Origin: Macrostomum lignano
Lineage: Eukaryota
DNA length: 64,000 nucleotides
Direction of reading: 5' to 3'
Assembly: GCA_002269645.1 (NCBI GenBank)
Contig: NIVC01002877.1
Coordinates: forward strand, 15,777-79,776
The translations under genes were made by a program, and so were the position numbers. Positions within the stretch are counted from its first letter, which is position 1; each line of letters starts with the position of its first letter. The notes under the pieces were generated by a model. It made no database searches. It was not told where the DNA came from and was given only the letters and a program-made list of their open reading frames with translations. This document shows, piece by piece, positions 12,417 to 21,656 of the stretch.

Positions 12417-12946
12417 CTGCTGTCCCCTGGCTAACTTTAAAACTGAAGTCCGTGCACTCGCTGCTGTCCCCTGGCTAACTTCAAAACTGAAGTCCGTGCA
12501 CTCGCTGCTGTCCCCTGGCTAACTTCAAAACTGAAGTCCGTGCACTCGCTGCTGTCCCCTGGCTAACTTCAAAACTGAAGTCCGTGCACTCGCTGCTGTC
12601 CCCTGGCTAACTTCAAAACTGAAGTCAGTGCACTCGCTGCTGTTCCCTGGCTAACTTCAAAACTGAAGTCCGTGCACTCGCTGCTGTCCCCTGGCTAACT
12701 TCAAAACTGAAGTCCGTGCACTCGCTGCTGTCCCCTGGCTAACTTCAAAACTGAAGTCAGTGCACTCGCTGCTGTCCCCTGGCTAACTTCAAAACTGAAG
12801 TCAGTGCACTCGCTGCTGTCCCCTGGCTAACTTCAAAACTGAAGTCAGTGCACTCGCTGCTGTCCCCTGGCTAACTTCAAAACTGAAGTCCGTGCACTCG
12901 CTGCTGTCCCCTGGCTAACTTCAAAACTGAAGTTAGTGCACTCGCT
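12417..12946. repeat. 44-bp minisatellite, ~12 copies
   Basis: Unit GTCCGTGCACTCGCTGCTGTCCCCTGGCTAACTTCAAAACTGAA. Period of 44 seen directly. Confidence 0.95.
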
Positions 12947-13173
12947 TGAACTCGAAAAAATTATACCCTATTCTGGGGTATCAATGGGAAAAATAGTGCC
13001 CCAAATCAGTTGACTATTAACCCTTGGGGTACTAATTGGGGAAAAAAGAACCCTGCCACAGAGTCGTACGGAACTACTCGAGCAGTCTGGTCCCAGTGAC
13101 TGTAAGTGACCGTGGCAACCTGGTCTGCACACGAGCTTGGGTTGGCCTCTGGCTCTCAAACACGACAAGAGAA

Positions 13174-14177
13174 ATGGGGAAGGAGAGGGATGGGGAAGGA
13201 GAGGGATGGGGAAGGAGAGGGATGGGGAAGGAGAGGGATGGGGAAGGAGAGGGATGGTGAAGGAGAGGGATGGGGAAGGAGAGGGATGGGGAAGGAGAGG
13301 GATGGGGAAGGAGAGGGATGGGGAAGGACAGAGATAGGGAAGGAGAGGGATGGGGAAGGAGAGGGATGGGGAAGGAGAGGGATGGTGAAGGAGAGGGATG
13401 GGGAAGGAGACGGATGGGGAAGGAGAGGGATGGGGAAGGAGAGGGATGGGGAAGGAGAGGGATGGGGAAGGGATCGGTAAGAAGAGGGATGGGGAAGAGA
13501 TGGGTAAGAAGAGGGATGGGGAAGGAGAGGGATGGGGAAGGACAGAGATAGGGAAGGAGAGGGATGGGGAAGGAGAGGGATGGGGAAGGAGAGGGATGGG
13601 GAAGGAGAGGGATGGGGAAGGAGAGGGATGGGGAAGGAGAGGGATGGGGAAGGAGAGGGATGGGGAAGGAGAGGGATGGGGAAGGAGAGGGATGGGGAAG
13701 GAGAGGGATGGGGAAGGAGAGGGATGGGGAAGGGATCGGTAAGAAGAGGGATGGGGAAGGGATGGGTAAGAAGAGGGATGGGGAAGGAGAGGGATGGGGA
13801 AGGAGAGGGATGGGGAAGGACAGAGATAGGGAAGGAGAGGGATGGGGAAGGAGAGGGATGGGGAAGGACAGAGATAGGGAAGGAGAGGGATGGGGAAGGA
13901 GAGGGATGGGGAAGGAGAGGGATGGGGAAGGGATCGGTAAGAAGAGGGATGGGGAAGGGATCGGTAAGAAGAGGGATGGGGAAGGAGAGGGATGGGGAAG
14001 GAGAGGGATGGGGAAGGACAGAGATAGGGAAGGAGAGGGATGGGGAAGGAGAGGGATGGGGAAGGAGAGGGATGGGGAAGGAGAGGGATGGGGAAGGGAT
14101 CGGTAAGAAGAGGGATGGGGAAGGGATGGGTAAGAAGAGGGATGGGGAAGGAGAGGGATGGGGAAGGAGAGGGATGG
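13174..14177. repeat. G/purine-rich 16-bp minisatellite (GGGGAAGGAGAGGGAT)n, ~1 kb
   Basis: Seen directly, with interspersed variants (GACAGAGATAG, GGGATCGGTAAGAA). The long ORFs here are repeat artefacts. Confidence 0.95.
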
Positions 14178-14347
14178 CAAAACTGCCTACTACATTGACT
14201 CGTGCCTGCGAAACAACCAAAACCGACCTCAATGTGAATTGAAGAATATGAAAAATTCCAATGTGCCCAATTTTATGCAACAAAAACCCCTTGCAGGGAT
14301 AGCAAAATATTTCTTAAATAATCTACACTTACTGATTCGAATATCAA

Positions 14348-14475
14348 CAGCCTGAGAAGGGAAAGGCAGACACGAGAGCAGATGAAGAGCGGCTCAGTGA
14401 CGGCAGACAGCCTGAGAAGGGAAAGGCAGACACGAGAGCAGATGAAGAGCGGCTCAGTGACGGCAGACAGCCTGA
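14348..14475. repeat. 60-bp tandem duplication
   Basis: CAGCCTGAGAAGGGAAAGGC...GACGGCAGA occurs twice with period 60. Confidence 0.9.
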
Positions 14476-15120
14476 AAAAATGACTCACCAGACGTGAATG
14501 CCGAGCTGGTCTCCTGACGAGATTTCTCCGCCTCGCTTTGCTGTCGAAGAGTTCCAAGCCGCATTTATGGAGGCCGCTTCCGAGCCAGAAGGTTTCGAGC
14601 CGCACGGAATCCCAGCAACGGAATTTTGTGAAGAGATCGAACGAAGACAGACCGAACATCATGTTATTTCAGTTTTAAGTTTGAATTTCTTTCTAACTTT
14701 TTCAAAACTCTATCAACTAGAATAAGTTTCAGGAACTTTAACTAAAAGAATGTAAATGCTAATCGAAATAAAGTTTTTAATCAATTTTAATAGTTGCACT
14801 AAATTTCTGAAATGAATTTTCTCCATGGGTGCAAAGCTCTGGTTGGTTAAACTGATTGATTTCTTCGCTGTATGAAATTATAAAAAAAATGCGGGATTTT
14901 TGTGCCCGAATTTTTTTTTGAGGAATGCAAAGTTCAGTCGTCATGGCTGCAAGCTGCTAGTGAGACCAGATAATATTGGGAACATGCTATCGATAAAAAA
15001 CAGTTTTTAATATCTGCGGTATCTACTAGCACAGCTCAGCTATCCCCGGTAAGCCTTGAGATCTCAGCAATTCTCGCCAAGAGTCACCGCATTATAGCAT
15101 TTCCACTATGATCCCTCGCA

Positions 15121-15389
15121 GGGGAGCACGAGATTTGCCCGCCGAGATTTGCCCGCCGAGGTTTGCCTGCAGTGCATTTAGCCACGCCGCAGATTTTGTC
15201 TGCATTGCCTCCCCAATGCTTAGTAAGTCTTAATACAAAGATTTACACGATCAAAACGTTTCGATAGTAACTGCATCAAATGGCATATTTTTGGGGTGCG
15301 GGGGGAATGCAGGCAGAATCTAGCTGACAAATGCGTTGCAGGAAAAGAGCATTGCGGGCAAATCTCGGCGGGCAACTCTCATGGACCCC
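15121..15389. mobile_element. MITE-like element with imperfect terminal inverted repeats
   Basis: Left GAGATTTGCCCGCCGAGATTTGCCCGC pairs with right GCGGGCAAATCTCGGCGGGCAACTCTC. No clear TSD. Confidence 0.55.
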
Positions 15390-15459
15390 CTTCGCAGCTC
15401 AAAAATTTTCCAAGTTTTTTTACTTTCTTTGAGTTTTTCTAACTTAGAAACGCTTCTAA

Positions 15460-15637
15460 TAAAATGCAAAAAACAAGAATATAATTGCAAACATTTGCAA
15501 TTACAATATCCTTACAATATCCGCTCGAAACTTCCCACTTCCCAAGCTCGAAACTTCCCACTTCCCAAGCTCGAAACTTCCCACTTATTGTAAGGAATGC
15601 AAATGTTTGCAATTATGTTCTTGTTTTTTGCATTTCT
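15460..15637. repeat. Long inverted repeat (hairpin) with an internal 23-bp tandem repeat in the loop
   Basis: AAATGCAAAAAACAAGAATATAATTGCAAACATTTGCA..CCTTACAATA pairs with TATTGTAAGG..TGCAAATGTTTGCAATTATGTTCTTGTTTTTTGCATTT. The loop holds repeats of CTCGAAACTTCCCACTTCCCAAG. Confidence 0.85.
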
Positions 15638-16005
15638 TAAGCGAACTAGCGTTCCTAAAATTTACTTCTAATAAAAAACCTTTACACCTACTAAAAAATT
15701 CAATTCGACTTAGGTTATGACCTAATTTATTTCTCAGTCGGTCAGTATGAGTCTCCATTAAGGCTAGCAATATGGTTTCTCAATCTAAATCAAGCCAAAG
15801 TTGAGATGCAGATTCCACACCGTGACGAAATTCAAGTGGAACTCAGCCAGCATGACGATAAGTATGATAAAAGCCTGTTGTGATGCAGAGTCAGAGTTCA
15901 GTCAGTCATTTTTTCTACAATTTTTTCACTGCATTTCGAGTCGAAAAGCCAGCTTAACCTTTGCAAATAGCATGTTTTTCGAAATTCACTCACTCGAAGC
16001 ATCAA

Positions 16006-16582
16006 GTCAAACATAATAGAGGCACCATGTAAAACATAAGCGAAGCGTCATGTCAAACATAATAGAGGCACCATGTAAAACATAAGCGAAACGTCATGTC
16101 AAACATAATAGAGGCACCATGTAAAACATAAGCGAAGCCTCATGTCAAACATAATAGAGGCACCATGTAAAACATAAGCGAAGCGTCATGTCAAACATAA
16201 TAGAGGCACCATGTAAAACATAAGCGAAACGTCATGTCAAACATAATAGAGGCACCATGTAAAACATAAGCGAAGCGTCATGTCAAACATAATAGAGGCA
16301 CCATGTAAAACATAAGCGAAGCGTCATGTTAAACATAATAGAGGCACCATGTAAAACATAAGCGAAGCGTCATGTTAAACATAATAGAGGCACCATGTAA
16401 AACATAAGCGAAGCGTCATGTTAAACATAATAGAGGCACCATGTAAAACATAAGTGAAGCGTCAAGTCAAACATAATAAAAGCGTCATGTAAAACATAAG
16501 CGAAGCGTCAAGTCAAACATAATAAAAGCGTCATGTAAAACATAAGCGAAGCGTCATGTCAAACATAATAAAAGCGTCATGT
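16006..16582. repeat. 46-bp minisatellite built from two related 23-mers
   Basis: TGTCAAACATAATAGAGGCACCA alternates with TGTAAAACATAAGCGAAGCGTCA. Confidence 0.95.
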
Positions 16583-16766
16583 TACACTTAAAAGAAGCAT
16601 TATGTCAGAAATTATAAAAGAAAATTAAAGAAGCGTCATCTCGAACATAAAATATTCTTTGAGGAATGCTAGGATGTCAGGGCTCGTGGAAAATATATCT
16701 GAGATCAAAGCTGGTATAATATTCTTGGTATAATTCTTGTGACTGTTAGGGAGAATTGATCAGATA

Positions 16767-16886
16767 TCAAGGCTTACTAGGGGATTTGCTGCGATGTCAA
16801 GGCTTACTGGGGGAGTTGCTGCGATGTCAAGGCTTACTGGGGGAGTTGCTGCGATGTCAAGGCTTACTGGGGGAGTTGCTGCGATG
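16767..16886. repeat. 30-bp tandem repeat, 4 copies
   Basis: GTCAAGGCTTACTGGGGGAGTTGCTGCGAT repeated. Confidence 0.9.
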
Positions 16887-17249
16887 CACTTGCACTGCAA
16901 AAGTGCGCGACACAACACGTGCGTTAAATAGATCACAGACCCTGAAGATTACCTTTGATCTACCGAAACGCGTTCGTTTACCAATTTAAAGCAACCTATA
17001 CATTGATTTCCAAGGGCGCATGCGGGAGGGGGCTGGATCCAGCCGGATAAGTGTTTTGGTGTGGGCCAGGATGACCTGCTCTCCGGGATGCCACGAAGAG
17101 GCTGCACCTACGTCCGAGATCGTGCGATCTCCTCGATCTGTTGACCATGCGGGCTGCTACTGCCGTGTGTTTCTGTTAGTTCAAACTATTGGTCCCATTA
17201 TCTCCTGCGCCATGAGATTCTACGCTCGTAAGGAGTGCCGTATCTAGTT

Positions 17250-17440
17250 AGTGTAGATTGGCTGGCCAATCGCTGTTAGCGGGGCCGGGGGGCTTGTCGT
17301 CGCCCGTGTTTGGGGGTGCTTGGTCCGGGGGTGGGTGCGCCGCCCCCGGGGCGGGGGTGGGTGTCTGTGGGGCCTTTTAGCCCCGTGGGTTGTGCCCGCC
17401 TCAGGCTATCTCTCCTCGCCAGCTTGCATGCGTTTTTTTT
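17250..17440 (+). repeat. Ngaro repeat A1
   Basis: Nearly identical to 21264-21455, with a few differences (e.g. ggccttttag/ggcatttttag, ccagctt/ccagttt). Confidence 0.95.
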
Positions 17441-17488
17441 GCGATTTTTGGCTAGCCCAACTTAATTACTCAACTTACTCTGGGTACT

Positions 17489-18481
17489 ATGAGTTTGCGT
17501 AGGATGACTGTAAATCAGCTACGTGAAGAATTGACAGATAGGGGCCTGAGCACACACGGCTACAAGAAAGACCTGGCCAGCAGACTCTCCACTGCGATGA
17601 ACCAGAGCGAAGCAGCTAGTCGGCGGGAACAAGCGGCGTCAAACTCCGCGGAGACCGACAGCGAAGGTCGGCGGCAGCAGCAGCAACAACGGCTGGAGGC
17701 AGGGGAGGCGCTGGACCTAGCAGAGCTCCGGTGGAAGATAGCTAGCCTGGAATCGGAGACGGCAGCAATGCGCCAGCAGCTGGAAGGCCGATTTAGACCA
17801 GGTGAGGTGGACCAACAGCTTCTTAATGAGCCCTCTGATTGTAGTAGCGACATGAATATCCCGAGTATGCTCAGAGGTCCCGGGTTCGAGACCAGGCTCG
17901 AGCCCTCAGTAGCTCAACTAGGGCTACGGGCGGCACCACTCGTCGTTGCGGATTTCTGCGGTTGCGACCCTCGGACGGCGTCGGCGAGTCGTAGGGAAAA
18001 GGTGCTGCATCCAACCGCCAATCAGCCTAAACCCGAATCGCTGGGAATCGGTCAGTGGATAGTCGGCAACGCGCGCATCCTCGACGCCCTGATCTCTAGG
18101 GGACAGCTCGACCTGGAAGGCGTTCGGCAGTACTTGCAGTACAGTGTGCAGATCGGTGAGCTGGTCGAGGCAGGTTACGACACCACCAGGATCATGCGGT
18201 TTGACGACGCATTTAGAAGAGAGCAGCAGGCGGGCATGCAAGACTGGGCGCGACCGAGTTTCTCGCTGGTGGCACGGCACCTCATCGCCCCGCAGCAGAC
18301 TCCACAACATGCCCGTTCTCGCATGGACAGGAAGATTCCTATGGTTCAAGGAGCGCCCGTCTGCCTCAAGTTCAACACCCGTGGTGGCTGCAAGTTCCAG
18401 AATTGCAAGTACACTCATGCGTGCCGAGTCTGCTTGCGCTCGGACCACAGCGAGACGCAACACGCGGCAAAAAACGAATAG
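17489..18481 (+). CDS. Ngaro ORF1 (Gag-like), N-terminal SAP domain and C-terminal Cys/His zinc finger
   Basis: True ATG. TVNQLREELTDRGLSTHGYKKDLASRL fits the SAP consensus. The C-terminus is CLKFNTRGGCKFQNCKYTHACRVCLRSDH. Confidence 0.85.
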   Translation: MSLRRMTVNQLREELTDRGLSTHGYKKDLASRLSTAMNQSEAASRREQAASNSAETDSEGRRQQQQQRLEAGEALDLAELRWKIASLESETAAMRQQLEGRFRPGEVDQQLLNEPSDCSSDMNIPSMLRGPGFETRLEPSVAQLGLRAAPLVVADFCGCDPRTASASRREKVLHPTANQPKPESLGIGQWIVGNARILDALISRGQLDLEGVRQYLQYSVQIGELVEAGYDTTRIMRFDDAFRREQQAGMQDWARPSFSLVARHLIAPQQTPQHARSRMDRKIPMVQGAPVCLKFNTRGGCKFQNCKYTHACRVCLRSDHSETQHAAKNE

Positions 18482-20313
18482 CCGCGGCTCCAGTGGCCTC
18501 GGCAAGCTGGCAGCCGCAAATTTTAATCCCAAGTTTTTACTCCATTCGCGACATCAATTTCAATCCGAGTGGCTCCCTTGACGCAAATGCCTGGGCGAAG
18601 GAGCTGAACGGCGACCCCAACGGGCCTTTTTTAATTGACGGAGTCCAAAACGGCTTCGCGCTCACTACTGAAACAGATTTTAAGCCTTCCGAAGTTGAGA
18701 ACTACTCGTCCGCCATTGAGTACAAGACGCTGGTTGAAGAGCAATTGCAGCGTGAGATCGCCAGCGGGCGGTATGTGTCAGTCAGCCGACGCCCGTGCAA
18801 GATCTCAGCGCTTGGTGCCATCCCGAAAGAGGACGGTGGAGTCCGTATCATCCACGACTGCAGTCGTCCGGAAGGCTGTGCGGTCAACGACCACTTTATC
18901 GCAGACCACAAGATTAAGTTTGAAACGGTTAGCGGCCTCTGCTCACAACTCAAGCCCGGTGACTTCACGGCCAAGATCGATCTCAAGGAGGCGTATCGCT
19001 CAGTGGGTGTTCATCCTTCTTCTCTCGACGCTCTGGGCATCAAATGGCAATTTAGCGGCGACAGTGAGCCTACCTACCTGGTCGACACCCGGCTGAGCTT
19101 CGGCGCTGCGGCCTCGGTGTACCATTTCAACAGGCTGTCTAAGGCGGTGGTGCGCATGATGCAACGGCGCGGGTTCACCTGCATTGGCTACCTCGACGAC
19201 TTCGCTGTGGCCGGGAGCACCTACGAGTCCTGTGTCGAGGCTTACGAGAGCTTGAGGAGCCTGGCGACGAGCCTCGGTTTCACCATCAACGAAAAGAAGT
19301 CTAGCGGGCCGTCGCGGCGCACGGTTCTCCTGGGCGTCCTGATTGACACAGAGTCGGGGATGCTGAGCATCCCACCGGCCAAGCTCAGTGCACTCAAAGA
19401 CGCACTTGGGAGCTGCTTGCATCGACGCGGTGCCATCAGCAAGCGCGACCTTCAGCGGATCTGCGGCAAGCTGTCCTGGGTGAGCAGCGTGACCAGGAAA
19501 GGCCGAGCTTCCATCCGCCCTCTACTGATGCTGGCGAGCCGGGCGACTAGACCTGGGGACAAATTGCGGCTGACCCCGCACCTCACTGAGCTGCTGCACT
19601 GGTGGAGGAGAAGCCTTCAGTCCGTTGGCTGCGCGCCCATCTGGCCTCGCTACGCTCGAAGGATCGTCATCGAGACTGACGCCTGCAACTCGGGTGGTGC
19701 CTGCATTGTTCGGGAGGCCAATAAATCCGACTGGCTCTACATCAACTGGAAGAACGACGCTGGTGGCCGTTTTGCTTCGGCCCACATCAACGTTAAGGAG
19801 ACCATCACGCCTGTCCTCAGCATCCTCGCGGCCCCGGGCCGCTTCGCCGGTGCGGACATCGTCGTGTACAGCGATAGCTCGGCAGCTGTCGGTGCGCTGA
19901 ACAAGCTCAGCTCGCCATGTAACGACGTCAACCGGCTCCTGCACACGCTGTCGCTTGCCTGCGACGCGTGGGGTCTGCGGCTGCGGGCCTTTCACGTTCC
20001 AGGCGCCTTCCAGGTCCTGGCGGACCCGGCCTCTCGCCTTGCTTCTAGAAGCGGGGCGCAGAATTTCTTTCTCCGCTTCTACCGTAGCCTGCATGATTTA
20101 GCTGCTGAATCCTGCTGCATCTCGCGCCACGCACTCTGCCCTGCCTCCGCCTCCCTTTTGCTTTTGCAGGTCCGGCGCCTCCTGCCTCCCGCCTACCCGG
20201 GCCGCTCCTTCGCTTTCTCGCCGACGCCTGGGCTCCTAGTACGAGGGCATCGTACGCTTCAAACCTCGAACAGTGGCAGCGCTTCTGCAACCTCGAAGGT
20301 GTTCAGCCACTAG
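18403..20313 (+). CDS. Ngaro ORF2: reverse transcriptase + RNase H
   Basis: RT motifs LGAIPKEDGGVRIIHDCS, KIDLKEAYRSV, LSFG and YLDD. RNase H motifs ETDAC, INVKE, YSDSS, FHVPG and ADPASR. The listed start is not an ATG. Confidence 0.95.
   Translation: MQVHSCVPSLLALGPQRDATRGKKRIAAAPVASASWQPQILIPSFYSIRDINFNPSGSLDANAWAKELNGDPNGPFLIDGVQNGFALTTETDFKPSEVENYSSAIEYKTLVEEQLQREIASGRYVSVSRRPCKISALGAIPKEDGGVRIIHDCSRPEGCAVNDHFIADHKIKFETVSGLCSQLKPGDFTAKIDLKEAYRSVGVHPSSLDALGIKWQFSGDSEPTYLVDTRLSFGAAASVYHFNRLSKAVVRMMQRRGFTCIGYLDDFAVAGSTYESCVEAYESLRSLATSLGFTINEKKSSGPSRRTVLLGVLIDTESGMLSIPPAKLSALKDALGSCLHRRGAISKRDLQRICGKLSWVSSVTRKGRASIRPLLMLASRATRPGDKLRLTPHLTELLHWWRRSLQSVGCAPIWPRYARRIVIETDACNSGGACIVREANKSDWLYINWKNDAGGRFASAHINVKETITPVLSILAAPGRFAGADIVVYSDSSAAVGALNKLSSPCNDVNRLLHTLSLACDAWGLRLRAFHVPGAFQVLADPASRLASRSGAQNFFLRFYRSLHDLAAESCCISRHALCPASASLLLLQVRRLLPPAYPGRSFAFSPTPGLLVRGHRTLQTSNSGSASATSKVFSH
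18469..18517 (+). promoter_or_regulatory. Predicted -1 programmed ribosomal frameshift signal (A AAA AAC + stem-loop)
   Basis: The heptamer at 18469-18475 is in the ORF1 frame (gcA AAA AAC). After an 8-nt spacer, a hairpin forms: GCGGCT/AGCCGC + CCAG/CTGG (18484-18517). ORF2 is in the -1 frame. Confidence 0.7.
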
Positions 20314-21182
20314 CGGCGTCCCCGGTGCACTTGGTCGAGTATGTGCGACGCCTGGCTAAGCGCGGCGTGGCACCCGGTAGCCTCGGTGGACACCTGGCAG
20401 CCATCAGCTGGAGCTTCAAGCTGGCGCAACTCCCCGACATCACCAAGTCCGGCCTGATCGATCTGGCAGTTAAGAGCGCCAAACTGACAAGCGGCCATTC
20501 AGTCAAGCAGAAAGACCCCATCACCCCGGCTGTTCTGCTTTCACTGGCAAACCAGGTGAACCCAAGAGACCCTGCAGACGCCGCCTTTTGGGCCGCCGTG
20601 CTCTGCTGCTTCTGGGCGCTTCTCAGGAAAGCAAATGTCTGCGGGCGCCACTCCATTCTCGTCGGCGACACTCAGGCCGATAGTCAGTGCTGGAGACTCC
20701 GAGTTCGACAGTCGAAGACCAACCAATGCGGACAAGACTACCAGGAGGCGGTGCTGCCAGCGCTCGGAAGCCACCCACTATGCCCTGTCCAAGCCCTGCG
20801 GCGGCATTTTCAGACTAACAAGCTGCGGTCTGCGCCGGCGCTCACTCGGCTGTTTTGCGTCCACATCGCCGGAAGCTGGTGCCCGATGTCATCGCGTCAA
20901 TTCGACCGCCGCCTCGCTCGGGCTCTGACAGATGCGGGTTGGGCGGCGACAGCTTTCTCAGGCCACTCTCTACGACGGGGTGGCGCCTGTCTGGCGTTCG
21001 ACAGCGGCCTCGACGTGGAGCAGATCAAGCGGCTGGGCGGCTGGCGCAGCGGCGCCGTTTCACGCTACCTGCCGCAGTCGGGAGGTTGCCTCCGTCTCCT
21101 GCGCCCAATGGTCAACCGTGTGCTGTCGGCACCTCCTAGCGCTCGCCTGACTCGCCCCGTCGCCGTGTACCCTACTTTTTAA
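20170..21182 (+). CDS. Ngaro ORF3: tyrosine recombinase (no upstream ATG; predicted spliced to ORF1)
   Basis: The frame is open from 20109. It reads WAPSTRASYAS, then catalytic R (LLRKANV), K (SKTNQ), HxxR (GHSLRRGG), W (GGWRS) and Y (SRYL). The first in-frame ATG is at 20886, inside the catalytic domain. Confidence 0.93.
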
Positions 21183-21202
21183 TCCGTTTGTTCGGGTTTT
21201 TG

Positions 21203-21455
21203 GGATGTTTTGCTCGTGCTCTGCAATCCTTGCCTTTGCTCTCTCCCTCCGGCCGTTCCGCTAAGTGTAGATTGGCTGGCCAATCGCTGTTAGCGGGGCC
21301 GGGGGGCTTGTCGTCGCCCGTGTTTGGGGGTGCTTGGTCCGGGGGTGGGTGCGCCGCCCCCGGGGCGGGGGTGGGTGTCTGTGGGGCATTTTTAGCCCCG
21401 TGGGTTGTGCCCGCCTCAGGCTATCTCTCCTCGCCAGTTTGCATGCGTTTTTTTT
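21203..21455 (+). repeat. Ngaro repeats B1 + A2 (abutting)
   Basis: B1 GGATGTTTTGCTC...CCGTTCCGCTA directly followed by A2 AGTGTAGATTGG... Confidence 0.95.
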
Positions 21456-21595
21456 TCTGCTTTTAGCCCTCTTTCTCGCAATTCCTGCAACTTCTTTTTT
21501 CCTTTCGCTTCGATTACCTTTTACTCTTCCAAATAGTTTTTTCGAATGCTTTCCAAATATACTCGTGTCTCGTAAGTTGCCCATACAGGGCGGTA

Positions 21596-21656
21596 GGATG
21601 TTTTGCTCGTGCTCTGCAATCCTTGCCTTTGCTCTCTCCCTCCGGCCGTTCCGCTA
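21596..21656 (+). repeat. Ngaro repeat B2
   Basis: Identical by eye to B1 (21203-21263). Confidence 0.95.

Larger units (their letters stand above)
17250..21656 (+). mobile_element. Ngaro-type tyrosine-recombinase retrotransposon, apparently full length
   Basis: Split direct repeats A1 (17250-17440) - ORFs - B1 (21203-21263) A2 (21264-21455) - spacer - B2 (21596-21656). The gag-like, RT-RNase H and YR ORFs are all open. Confidence 0.95.

Noticed and set aside
13074-14283. Long Pro/Ser-rich and Gly/Arg/Glu-rich ORFs
   Set aside because: Translations of a 16-bp repeat that are open in multiple frames on both strands.
17924-20094. Antisense and alternate-frame ORFs over the Ngaro element (e.g. 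17924-18532, 19522-20094)
   Set aside because: Shadow ORFs of GC-rich coding sequence with no motifs.
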